Positions 1 through 11,250 of a stretch of DNA of 64,000 nucleotides are shown here, piece after piece (positions within the stretch are counted from its first letter, which is position 1; every line of letters starts with the position of its first letter). Origin of the DNA: an uncultured delta proteobacterium (lineage in GTDB: Bacteria; Desulfobacterota; Desulfuromonadia; Desulfuromonadales; BM103); the NCBI GenBank assembly GCA_963715335.1, contig CAVQRZ010000031.1, positions 1-64,000 of the forward strand, read 5' to 3'. A model generated the notes under the pieces. It had not been told where the DNA came from. It saw only the letters and a list, made by a program, of their open reading frames with translations, and did no database searches. The position numbers were made by a program, and so were the translations under genes.

Positions 1-254
1 ACTCCCCCGTGATCAGATGGACCAGTGCCTTCTCCAAATGACGACAAATGTAAATCGTCGGATGTCTCCGAGAATGCTGCTGTTGTGCTCAGCACAGTCA
101 TGCATAAAACGAAGAGTCGGATTATTTTGCTTGAGAGAGTTCTGTCTCTGCTTGATTGACGCAAAATCATGGCGTGAAATTTACAAGTCGGCATTGAAGC
201 TTAAGATAGCCCTGTGCCGGTTTGATGGAGAAGTGCAGCCTGTTCGAATAACTG

Positions 255-908
255 TTATATGATCCCCTCTGCTTTGAGACTCCTAACGGCTTCTTCTGCA
301 AGTTTCTGCATCATCTCTTGTTTGTTGCTTTCAAGATCGGTCTCCATGCGAGTCGACCAGATCAACTTCTCGGTTTTCTGATCGTACAAGCGGGATTCAA
401 CCGTTAGCACAACGAAACTCGTGCCTGTGGGCGACGTTGGAACGGCTCTCACTCCACTGCTGTAGGAATTGATCCTCAGGCTGTCGTACGGGTAAAGACT
501 GTAGTCCGTTTCCCTGCCATTAAAAACTCTTGTTGAATAGAGACCGGACCGTCCTTTGGTTTTGAAGGTTGCCTTGGTTTGCTGGCTGACCACTCTGGTC
601 AGAAAAACTGAATCACACCCGCTTGAGCGTATCTTCTCTCGGATTGTTTTTTGTTCAATCTCTTCATATCCTGAAGAGTAAGAGTAGCTTGGCCTGGACT
701 TAACTCCTTCTTCATCCAGTCGTGCCGAGAAAGCATTTTCAAAAATGATACGGTCCCAACCTTCGTTGACAAAGCCGACAATATAGATGTTTTTAACTTT
801 TCCCGTGTAGCTTTGGCTTGACCAGGAATCGATCACCTTGGTGCCGGAGCAAGAGACCAAAAACAACCCCAGGCAAGAGATGGTTAGAAAATTCCTGAAT
901 GCAATCAT
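255..908 (-). CDS. Putative lipoprotein (DUF4136-like)
   Basis: Signal peptide with lipobox LVSC; C-terminal 'ESRLYDQKTEKLIWS' resembles DUF4136-type lipoproteins. Confidence 0.6.
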   Translation of the reverse strand: MIAFRNFLTISCLGLFLVSCSGTKVIDSWSSQSYTGKVKNIYIVGFVNEGWDRIIFENAFSARLDEEGVKSRPSYSYSSGYEEIEQKTIREKIRSSGCDSVFLTRVVSQQTKATFKTKGRSGLYSTRVFNGRETDYSLYPYDSLRINSYSSGVRAVPTSPTGTSFVVLTVESRLYDQKTEKLIWSTRMETDLESNKQEMMQKLAEEAVRSLKAEGII

Positions 909-1335
909 TGTTTTCAGCTCTCCGTCAATTCGATGTTCTGCATATGTAAACTTAAACCCATACGCACTTTATCGTGATTGTTATAATAGTATAACTTCTC
1001 ATCTCTTGTTTTATAGAACTCTTTAGAAAATGAAAAGATCGTTTTACAAAAGCAGGCAGCTATCGGGAAGTTTTCCAAGTGAAACAAACCGCCAACGTCT
1101 TCAAGTTCCCGTTGGAACCTGGCATCTGTCGTGCGCGCAAACTTGGTTGACAAAGTGACGGGTCCTGACATAGAAAGGACCGGTAAGGTTAGAGAACGGG
1201 AGGCCCCATTCATCATTGTATCCATCTTGGAGAAAGCCTTCTTGCAGGCCCTACGCTCGTAGTTGTTGACGAAGTTTCCGGTTTTCATCTCCTGGATCTG
1301 GCTGGATATTCGGAAATCACCCTTGGAGGATGCAT

Positions 1336-2119
1336 ATGTCAAGACGCTGTTTCTTAATAGGCCTGCTGCTGCTGATTGGTTCTCCGGTCCCCGTTCTGTA
1401 TGCTGTAGGCATGGGAGGCATGGGGGGTGTTGGAGGGATGGTTGACAAACTCTCCATTCAGACCAAGAGTGTTGGTCCCGTTGTTTTCAGCCACAGTCGG
1501 CATGCCTTCAAATGTGATGTCTGCCACCCGAATCTCTTCCAAAAGAAGAACAACAGTAACCACACCACCATGGAATTGATGGAGAAGGGCCGGTCCTGCG
1601 GGGCTTGCCACAATGGGCGGCAGGCTTTCAGCGTGACCGGCGACTGCGTCACCTGTCACGCTGGCGATATTGCGATCAAGACCAAACAGGTCGGCAATGT
1701 GATGTTCAGCCACGAGGTTCATATCGGGATGTTCGGTTGCGAAGAGTGCCACCCGGACCTTTTCAAGCCACGCAACAACAGCAACCATGCCACCATGCAG
1801 GCGATGGCAGACGGCGCGTCCTGCGGGGCCTGTCATGACGGGGACGCCGCGTTTGGCGTGACCGGCGACTGTGCGACCTGCCATGCCGGCGATATTCTCT
1901 ACAAGGACGAAGGACGCCGGAAATGTGGTTTTCCCGCACGCGGCTCACATCGACATGTTCGGCTGCGATGAATGCCACCCCGACCTGTTTAAGCCGAAGC
2001 GCGGGGCCAACAAGGCGTCGATGGCAGACATGGAAAACGGCGCATCCTGCGGGGCTTGCCATGACGGCAGTGCGGCCTTCGGGGTCGCTGAAGATTGCGA
2101 GTCGTGTCACGAGATGTGA
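1336..2119 (+). CDS. Periplasmic nonaheme c-type cytochrome of three c7-type domains; split by a frameshift near 1911
   Basis: ORFs 1330..1971 and 1871..2119 together hold 9 CxxCH motifs in three repeats (V.FSH..H...CxxCH...M..M..G.SCGACH.G..AF.V..DCxxCH). Signal peptide present; GGAGG at 1325-1329 favours the ATG at 1336. Confidence 0.85.
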
Positions 2120-2200
2120 TTTGAAAATGTGACCATGCCTGATGCAAAAGCCCTGACCAGAATCGGGTGGACGACGCAAATCATCAGGTCATTTAACGCC

Positions 2201-2984
2201 CAGATTGTTGCCAAACCCTGCACGTGATGCGGGGTTTGTTTTTTTACCTGGCAGGGGAGATTTCTATGAAACCTAGGGCAACAGATGGTTAATCTGTTGC
2301 CCTTTTGCTTTTTTGGACTTCAAAGATAAAGCGGGTGTGTCGTCGCGTACCTGCGGCACAAGTTGATTCTCTCGGTGTGATCCTGCCACGCATATGAGTT
2401 CAGACCTGTGTGGCGAGGCCCCATGTAACGGGCCGACTCCTGTGTTTCCACGGAAAGCCAATACTCTTCGCGAACGTCTATAGCCCTCTGCTAAGAGAAG
2501 GCCGGCTTCTCGCGTACTTTTGATCGCCGTTAGACAACCATGGCGTCATGCCGGCAGTACATGCCCAGCGCAGCGCAGGCCCTTTTCTGCTTACTCTTTT
2601 AGGCCAGTAAAAGAGTAAGGCGCAGTCGGGGGGCGCGACCCCCGGGTTTTGCTTTGATTTTGTCTTATGACTCAAAAGGAGTTAACAGCAAAACCGGCGG
2701 GTCGCGTCCCGCCGGACGCCATACTTTTGTCCGGCAACAAAAGTATGCAAAAGTGCCTTCTCTTAGCAGAGGGCTATAGACGTTCGCGAAGAGGATATGG
2801 CTTTAAGGGAAAGCAGAGGAGACGATCCGGCCCGTTACAGGGGGCCTCGCCGTACTGCTGTCCATATGGGGTGGCAGGATCACACCGATGAGACAACTTG
2901 CGCCCGCAGCTACGCGACTGAAAACCCTTCATGCTTTGAAGTCCAGTGGACTATCAAAAGGGCAACAGATTAACCATCTGTTGC
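2201..2984. repeat. Mosaic repeat cluster 1 (end module, palindrome H, degenerate inverted core-2/B, A, B, core-2, H)
   Basis: Shares modules with the clusters at 4308, 29511, 31651, 49707 and 62491; 2276-2555 is an imperfect reverse complement of 2690-2984. Confidence 0.9.
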
Positions 2985-3015
2985 TTACTCTATCATGAAG
3001 TCTGGCTGAACTTTG

Positions 3016-4236
<1,221 letters not shown>

Positions 4237-4307
4237 GGGGTGCTCCTCGTTGATCGGATATCAGACCTTACTGTGGAATCATACCAGCGCCACGCCGGTT
4301 TGTCCCT

Positions 4308-5343
4308 GCGCAGGTGGTTCAAACGCTGCACTTTTTCGTTTTGCACCACAATTCAAAGACAAAAGCAAAACCGTCGGGGTTGCCCGACAGCAACTTCATT
4401 TTCTTTGTAGCGACAAAGAAAACGAAGCAAAAGAAAGCTTGGCGCTGCGCTGGGCATGTCTGGTTCGGCAGGGCGGCAACCTCAATCCGGATCGTTCTAA
4501 ACGATCAAGAGCCTACGCTTCCCCCGCAGGAGCCGAGGCTCTTGAGAGCCTCTCCTGTCTGTGGAGGCTTGCGTCGGTAGAGGTTGTTTTGGCTTTTCCC
4601 TTGTAAATCACACGGCAAGGTCAGGCCCTTTGACACAGGGCCGGATCCCCATCACAGCAGGTTCTTGAAGTCACAGAAATCCGGCAGAGGAGATGCCCTC
4701 CGCAAGGAGAAGGCACTTTTGCATACTTTTGTTGCCGGACAAAAGTATGGCGTCGGGCGGGACGCGACCCGCCGGTTTTGCCTTTATCATAAGAATAGAA
4801 TAGTCAAAGCAAAACTCCGTGGGTCGCGCTCCCCGACTGCGCCTTACTCTTTTGCTGGCCGAAAAGAGTAAGCAGAAAAGGGCCTGCGCTGCGCTGGGCA
4901 TGTCTGCGCGCAGGGCGGCAACCTCAATTCAGATTGTTCTGATCGACGCAGAAGCCTACGCTATCCATGAGCACCGCAGGAGCCGAGGCTCTCGAGAGCC
5001 TCTGTTGCTGAGGCCTGCGTAGGGAAGCGTGGTTCTTGGTCTTTTAAACCATCTGGATTAAGTCGCACAGCAATGCTCGCGGCCAGACGATGCCCAGCGC
5101 AGCGTAGGCACTTTTCTGCTTACTCTTTTAGGCCAGTAAAAGAGTAAGGCGCAGTCGGGGGGCGCGACCCGCGGGTTCTGGTCTTTGATTTATTCTCCTC
5201 TGTTAATTCCTAGACTGGAATACAAGAACGGAGTTCGGAAAGCATGAGGGCAACAGATCACCTCGTTGTCCTCAGCTTCATAAAAACTCCACCTGCAGGC
5301 AGAAACAAACCCCGCATCACGTGTGGGAGTCGTCAGCAATCTC
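4308..5343. repeat. Mosaic repeat cluster 2: ~415-bp element (4365-4781), fold-back element (4809-5180), H and end module
   Basis: 4441-4781 closely matches the copies at 31697-32112, 50023-50442 and 62539-62951; inverted A modules at 4809-4905 and 5090-5180. Confidence 0.9.
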
Positions 5344-5374
5344 AGGCTGCCCCGCCGGGACAGCCTCCTTGAGC

Positions 5375-5503
5375 TTATTGCGCTTTTTCCTGGACCCATT
5401 CTCCGGCGTCTTCCACATCTTTGCCGAGGCCTTTCATGGTTTCACAGGCGGACAACATACCCACCAGCATGCCAAGGGCCAGGATAATCAGAACCTTCTT
5501 CAT
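5375..5503 (-). CDS. Entericidin EcnA/B family lipoprotein (42 aa; not in ORF track)
   Basis: Manual translation MKKVLIILALGMLVGMLSACETMKGLGKDVEDAGEWVQEKAQ; lipobox LSAC, entericidin-like C.T..G.GKD...AG pattern, and GGAGAG RBS in the lspA 3' end. Confidence 0.85.
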   Translation of the reverse strand: MKKVLIILALGMLVGMLSACETMKGLGKDVEDAGEWVQEKAQ

Positions 5504-5506
5504 TGC

Positions 5507-6016
5507 TCACTCTCCTTTGGAGTTGTTCGCGGAGTGCGCCGTGGATTTTTTGCGATCTTCGCGCCACATGTCGATAAATAGCAGGGTGACACCGACGGTT
5601 ATGGCCGAGTCGGCGACGTTGAATGCCGGCCAGTGATAACGTTGCCAGAAGACGTCGAGAAAATCGATCACCTCGCCGAGACGGATACGGTCAATCAGGT
5701 TGCCAAAGGCGCCGGCAAAGACCAATGACAGCGAGAAGACCGTCAGTTTCTGGTCGCTCCTGATGCGCCGGATATACCAGAGGATGCCGAGCATGGCAAC
5801 GATTGACACGGTGATGAAAAACGGAATACGCACGGCATTGTCGGCAAGGATGCCGAACGCGGCACCCTTGTTGCGGACATAGGTCAGGCTGAAGAAACCG
5901 TGAATCACCGGCATCGATTCGTGGAGCCGGAAGTTGGCGTCCACATACAGCTTGGTCGCCTGGTCGAAGACCAGGATCACAACACTGATGATTGCTAGGA
6001 TGCGATATCTTGACAT
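5507..6016 (-). CDS. lspA: Lipoprotein signal peptidase II
   Basis: Motifs NKGAAFG, GAFGNLIDR, VIDF and WPAFNVAD; follows ileS. Confidence 0.97.
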   Translation of the reverse strand: MSRYRILAIISVVILVFDQATKLYVDANFRLHESMPVIHGFFSLTYVRNKGAAFGILADNAVRIPFFITVSIVAMLGILWYIRRIRSDQKLTVFSLSLVFAGAFGNLIDRIRLGEVIDFLDVFWQRYHWPAFNVADSAITVGVTLLFIDMWREDRKKSTAHSANNSKGE

Positions 6017-8819
6017 AACAGACCGGTTCGAGTCCCGCGGGCTTTCAGGCTAAGGGCTTCAAGGCACCGGTGGCAGATCTCCGGATGCTCAGCGTGTTGA
6101 CCCACAGACGTGGCGTAGTTCCAGCAGCGCGGGCATTTCTCACCGGCGGCCTTGCTGACGCGAATCTGCAGCTCCGGCAGGTTCTCGCCGGTTGTGCAGT
6201 GCTCCAGGCTGTCGCAGAGCTCCACCTGTGAGACGATCAACAGGCTGGCTAACTGCCCGGCTTCGTTTTGCAGCAGTGCGCCGAGATCGCCTTTGGCAGC
6301 CAGTTCAACCCGGGCGTCCAGGGAATGGCCGATGGTTTTTTCGGCGCGGGCCAGCTCCAGCACCTTGGCGACATCACTGCGTACGGCAAGCAGGCGGTCA
6401 TATTTCGCTTCCAGCTCCGGATTAATCAGGCTGGCTTGAAAGCTTGGGAATTCTGCCAGGTGGACGCTGGCTTCGCGCTCGCCGGGCAAGAAAGTCCAGA
6501 TCTCTTCGGCGGTAAAGGAGAGGACCGGCGCCATCATTCTGGTCAGGGCATCCAGGATGCGATACATGGCGGTCTGGGCACTGCGGCGCGCCAGCCCCCG
6601 CTTCGAAGAGGTGTAGAGCCGGTCCTTGAGGACGTCGAGGTAGAAGGCGCTCATATCGACGGCGCAGAAATTGTGCACGGCATGATACAGCACGTGGAAG
6701 TCGTAGGCGTCGTAAGCCTTGAGGACCCGACTCACCAGACCTTCGAGCCTTGACAGGGCCCAGCGATCGATTTCGAGCAGCTCATGATCGGCGACGCTGT
6801 CCATGGCCGGGTCGAAATCGTGGATGTTGCCGAGGATGTAGCGGGCCGTATTGCGGATGCGGCGGTAGGCTTCGGAGACCTGCTTGAGGATCGCATCACC
6901 GACGCGGGTGTCGTTGCGGTAGTCCTGGGTCGCCACCCAGAGGCGCAGGATCTCGGCGCCGTACTGCTTGATGACTTTTTCGGGGGCAACCACGTTGCCG
7001 ACCGACTTGGACATCGGGCGGCCCTTTTCGTCGAGGACGAAGCCGTGGGTCAGGACCGCCTTGTACGGCGCGGCATCCCGGGTGCCGACCGCAGCCAGCA
7101 GGCTCGAGTGGAACCAGCCGCGATGCTGGTCGCTGCCTTCGAGGTAAAGGTCTGCCGGGGATTGCAGCATCGGGTTCTTTTCCACCACGGCGGCGTGGGA
7201 GACGCCGGAGTCGAACCAGACATCGAGGATGTCCATCTCCTTGCGAAACCCGGCATGTCCGCAAGCGCGACAGACGGTCCCTGCAGGGAGGAGCTCCGCG
7301 GCGTCCTTTTCGTACCAGAGGTCGCTGCCGCCCTCTTCGAAGAGGTCGGCGACGTGGTGCATGACCTTGCCGTCGGCCAGGGCCTCGTCGCACTTGTCGC
7401 AATAAAAGACCGTGATCGGCACGCCCCAGCTGCGCTGGCGGCTGATGCACCAGTCGGGACGGTTTTCGATCATGTTGTAGATACGTTCACGGCCCCAGTG
7501 CGGGATCCACTTGACGTCGTTGATGTGCCCGAGCGACTTCTGTCTCAGCTGGTTTGCCTCCATCGAGATGAACCACTGCTCGGTGGCACGGAAGATGATC
7601 GGTTTCTTGCAGCGCCAGCAGTGCGGGTAGCTGTGCGCAACCTTGCCTCGCCCAGCAGGGCCCCGACTTCGGCCAGTTTGGCAGTGACCTGCGGGTTGAC
7701 TTCCGGAACCTTTTCGCCGGCGAAGAATTCGAGATCATCGCGATAGCGACCGTAGTCGTCAACCGGGTTGTAGATTTCAAGGCCATAGCGCAGACCGGTC
7801 AGGTAGTCATCATGGCCGTGCCCCGGGGCGGTGTGGACGCAGCCGGTGCCGGCTTCCAGGGTGACGTAGTCGCCGAGGACCAGCAGCGAGGCGCGATCAT
7901 GGAGCGGATGGCGGCATGCGCGTTTCTCGAAAGCCTCCGCCTGGAAGGTTTTGGCGACCGTGTAGTCGGTGATCTTCAGTTCTGCAAGAACCTTTTTGTA
8001 GAGCCCCTCGGCCATGACCAGCAGCTCACCGCCTGTGTCAACAGCGACATAAGGCAGCTCAGGGTGCAGGCAGACCGCCAGGTTGGCCGGGATCGTCCAG
8101 GGGGTCGTGGTCCAGATGACAAAAGAGAGAGGCTTGCCTGACAGCTCGGTAAAGCCGGCGGGCAGTTCATCCCGGTAGGGAAATTTGACGTAGATCGACG
8201 GTGAGGTGTGGTCGTCATACTCGACCTCTGCCTCGGCCAGGGCGGTGACACAGGACGAGCACCAGTGAATCGGTTTGCGCCCCTTGTAGAGGCCGTCCCG
8301 CTCGGCAAAACGTGCCAGTTCGCGCGCCGTGGCTGCTTCGTAGTCGGTGGTCATCGTCAGGTAAGGGTGCTGCCAGTCGCCGAAGATGCCGAGGCGCTGG
8401 AACTCCTCGCTCTGGATGCCGACCCATTCCTGGGCGTAAGCCCGGCATTCCTTGCGGACCTCGGCCTTGCTCATCTCACGCTTCCGGTTGCCGAGTTTCT
8501 GGTCGACCTTCAGTTCAATCGGCAGGCCGTGGCAGTCCCAGCCCGGCACGTAGGGGGCGTAGAAGCCCTGCATCCGCTTGCTCTTGATGACGATGTCCTT
8601 GAGGATCTTGTTCAGCGCGTGCCCGATATGGATGTTGCCGTTGGCGTAGGGAGGCCCATCGTGCAGGGTGAAGTTCGGTTTTCCGGGGCTTGGCTCGCTG
8701 ACTTTGCGGTCCAGTTCAAGCTCAGCCCAGCGCTGCATGATTTCCGGCTCGCGCTGAGGCAGGTTGCCGCGCATCGGGAAATCTGTAACCGGTAAATTGA
8801 GAGTCTCTTTGTAATCCAT
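5995..8819 (-). CDS. ileS: Isoleucine--tRNA ligase, split by a frameshift near 7646
   Basis: ORF 7545..8819 has HDGPPYANG and HIGH; ORF 5995..7563 has DWCISRQR, a KMSKS-like MSKS and the C-terminal zinc finger. The alternate frame at the junction reads [22 protein letters not shown]. Confidence 0.95.
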
Positions 8820-8948
8820 AATTCAGCTCCGAGGGCCCACTGTTGGTGCAGATTTAGAACACCGCAACTTATCAAAATCGCCGGATAAGTCAAGGCAAAT
8901 CAGGCTTTTGCACGGTCGAATGATCGTCCTGACCGGAAGCTCGGCGGC

Positions 8949-9629
8949 TTATAAGGCTTGCCCTCGGCGGGCGTGCAGGCAGGTCCGGTTAAGCGGGCAT
9001 TCTGTACAGAATGTGACTTTTTTGCGACAGCAGGTTTTGGCAAGTTGGACGATCTGGGCGTGGTAATCGTTATAAAGGGTGACCTCTTCGGGGAGGTTTT
9101 GCATGAACAGCCGGCGAATCTCGTCGTAGCTCTCTTTGCCATGCAGGAGCCCGATGCGTTGGAAAATCCGCCTGGTGTAGGCATCGACCACGAAGCTGGG
9201 GCGGGCGGCTGCGTAGAGCAGGATCGAGTCGGCCGTCTCCGGGCCGATTCCTGCCAGGGCCAGGAGACGGCCCCTGGCTTCTGGGAGGGGCCCGCCGCAC
9301 AAGGCGACAAGGTCTCCATTCCAGTCCTCGACCAGATGTCGGGCCAGGTTTTGCAGGCGGCAGGCTTTCTGACGGAAGAACCCGGCAGGCCTGATCAGGC
9401 TTTCCAGCTGACCGGGAGACAGCTCCGCAAGGTCCTGCGGAGTCAGGAACCCGGCACGTTTGAGGTTGTCGATGGCGTATTCGACATTGGTCCAGGCTGT
9501 GTTCTGGGTCAAGATCGCTCCAACGGCCACTTCAAAAGGGGTCTCTGCCGGCCACCAGCAGAGGGGCCCGAAATGTTTTTGGAGCTTCTGCTGGATGCCG
9601 GGGAGCAGTGTGTCAGGAAGGAGTCTCAT
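8949..9629 (-). CDS. Endonuclease III-related HhH-GPD DNA glycosylase
   Basis: GAILTQNTAW, GIGPETADSILLY, VVDAYTRRI and C-terminal Cys cluster; start set at MRLLPD. Confidence 0.88.
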   Translation of the reverse strand: MRLLPDTLLPGIQQKLQKHFGPLCWWPAETPFEVAVGAILTQNTAWTNVEYAIDNLKRAGFLTPQDLAELSPGQLESLIRPAGFFRQKACRLQNLARHLVEDWNGDLVALCGGPLPEARGRLLALAGIGPETADSILLYAAARPSFVVDAYTRRIFQRIGLLHGKESYDEIRRLFMQNLPEEVTLYNDYHAQIVQLAKTCCRKKVTFCTECPLNRTCLHARRGQAL

Positions 9630-9672
9630 GGTCGGCCGTTCTGCGGCCACATCCCGTTTTGGCAATGCAGCA

Positions 9673-11175
9673 TCAGGCCTTTTCCTGGCGGTCTTTACCA
9701 AAGGCCGGGGCTTTGGGGATCGAAACGCAGAAGGTTGCACCACCGCCAGGGGTCTGTTCCACCCAGGCTGTGCCCATGCATCTTGTGGCAATCTTGCGCA
9801 CAATCGCCAATCCGACCCCTGTGCCGCGATGCCCCTTGGAGGATTTGCCGCGATAGAAAATGTCAAAAATCAGCTCGTTTTCCTTGTGCGGGACACCCGG
9901 TCCGTGGTCCCGGACATAGTAGGTGCTCTGGTGCGTTTCATCCCAGCAGCCGACTTCGATCGCGCCGCTCTCCCCTGGGCTGTATCGGCAGGCGTTGCCG
10001 AGCAAATTCGAGAAGACCTGGTAGAGCAGGGCTTCAGGCAGCCAGGTTTGCCGGAGATCGCCAACCAGAATTTCAGGGTGGTCCGGACTTTCGACGTCCA
10101 GTTCACGCAGAACCTCATCGACGATCACTTTAACGTCGGTCGGGTGCTCCCCGGGCTTGATGTGGCTGACCTGGGCCAGGTCGAGGAGGTCGTCGAGCAG
10201 GGCGATGGCCCGCTCGCTCTGGTGCTCTACCTCGGCGAGAATCTGCAGGATCTGCTCATCGAAAACCTCGGCGTAGGTCAGGCGCAAAAAATCCATGTAA
10301 GTGACCACAGGCGCAAGGATGCCCCGCAGGTCGTGGGACACCGTGTGGGCAAAGGCGTCGAGTTCGCGATTGGCATCCAGTAAGTCCTTTTCGGTCTTCT
10401 TGCGCTCCGTGATGTCCCGGCAGACTGCCAGCTTCTGCTTCAGGCCGTTCTCTTCCGGCAGGGGCGAATGGACGATCTCGTAGAGCCTGCCCCGGTCACC
10501 GAGGTGGCGTTCGTCGCGGAATGTGCGATTTCTGAAGACCTTCTCCATGGGACACCATGGACAGGGCTTTGCCTCGCCGTGCAGAATTTGGTAGCAGCAT
10601 TCGCCGGTCCGGTCGCCGAAAATTCCCTGCATGGTCCGGTTCATGAACGTCAGCCGGTAATCTTCCGTGGCGATATAGGCCATGTCGTCCATGTTGTCGA
10701 GCATCGTCCGGAAACGGGCCTCGCTCTTCTTCAGCTCCCTGGTGCGCTCATCGACGCGGCTCTCCAGCTCCATCGCCTGGTCGCGCAGCGATTCTTCCAG
10801 AGAGTGTTGACGCGTAATATCGATAAACGACTCAATCCCGCCGATGATGTTGTCTTGCGCATCGCGCAGGTATTCCATATTCTTCAGCAGGTGAATGGTT
10901 TCGCCGGACCTGGTGACAATCGTACAGTTGGCGCCGATGATCGGTTTGGGTGTTTCGGAACCGAACAGGCCGCATTGTTCGCCACAGGGCACACCCTGCA
11001 AAACAGAGCAGTGCTGGCCGAGCACCTCCTCGGCAGAGTAGCCGGTGATCCTCTCGGCGGTCGGGTTCCAGTAAAGAATCTGCATAGCGTCGTTGACGAC
11101 AAACACACCGCTGGGGATCGTTTCGAGAGTCTTCTCGAGAGTCAGGTTTTGCATGATTGTTTGGTCAGCGATCAT
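9673..11175 (-). CDS. PAS-domain sensor histidine kinase (cytoplasmic)
   Basis: Two PAS domains, H-box SHDLR, N box NLLGNA, G boxes DHGPG and GTGVGL; start approximate. Confidence 0.9.
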   Translation of the reverse strand: MIADQTIMQNLTLEKTLETIPSGVFVVNDAMQILYWNPTAERITGYSAEEVLGQHCSVLQGVPCGEQCGLFGSETPKPIIGANCTIVTRSGETIHLLKNMEYLRDAQDNIIGGIESFIDITRQHSLEESLRDQAMELESRVDERTRELKKSEARFRTMLDNMDDMAYIATEDYRLTFMNRTMQGIFGDRTGECCYQILHGEAKPCPWCPMEKVFRNRTFRDERHLGDRGRLYEIVHSPLPEENGLKQKLAVCRDITERKKTEKDLLDANRELDAFAHTVSHDLRGILAPVVTYMDFLRLTYAEVFDEQILQILAEVEHQSERAIALLDDLLDLAQVSHIKPGEHPTDVKVIVDEVLRELDVESPDHPEILVGDLRQTWLPEALLYQVFSNLLGNACRYSPGESGAIEVGCWDETHQSTYYVRDHGPGVPHKENELIFDIFYRGKSSKGHRGTGVGLAIVRKIATRCMGTAWVEQTPGGGATFCVSIPKAPAFGKDRQEKA

Positions 11176-11250
11176 CAGAATCCGTAGCCCTCTCCTGAAC
11201 CAGGGGTGCATACTAACAGAAACAACCGGAACTTCACAAGATTGGTCATG

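Noticed and set aside
1120..1135. Sigma54 promoter (TGGCAT-N5-GTGC) upstream of the c7 cytochrome
   Set aside because: GG-N10-GC spacing fits, but the -12 element deviates from TTGC; too weak without comparative support.
914..1342. 142-aa ORF between the lipoprotein and cytochrome genes
   Set aside because: No motif, overlaps the cytochrome start and spans the probable divergent promoter region.
2135..2195. Possible c-di-GMP-I riboswitch (GCAAAA...GACGCAAA)
   Set aside because: It lacks the GAAA-capped stem and second hairpin, and lies 3' of a gene with no downstream same-strand ORF.
4314..5022. Short ORFs inside the repeat clusters with mutually similar translations (also 2478-2891, 31465-32153, 49726-50221, 62431-63083)
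   Set aside because: The similarity comes from the DNA repeat. Starts, stops and frames differ between copies, and I recognise no domain.
7545..7660. Programmed frameshift or pseudogene status for ileS, gpmI and glnE
   Set aside because: No slippery motif, the truncated products would be non-functional, and sequencing error is simpler.
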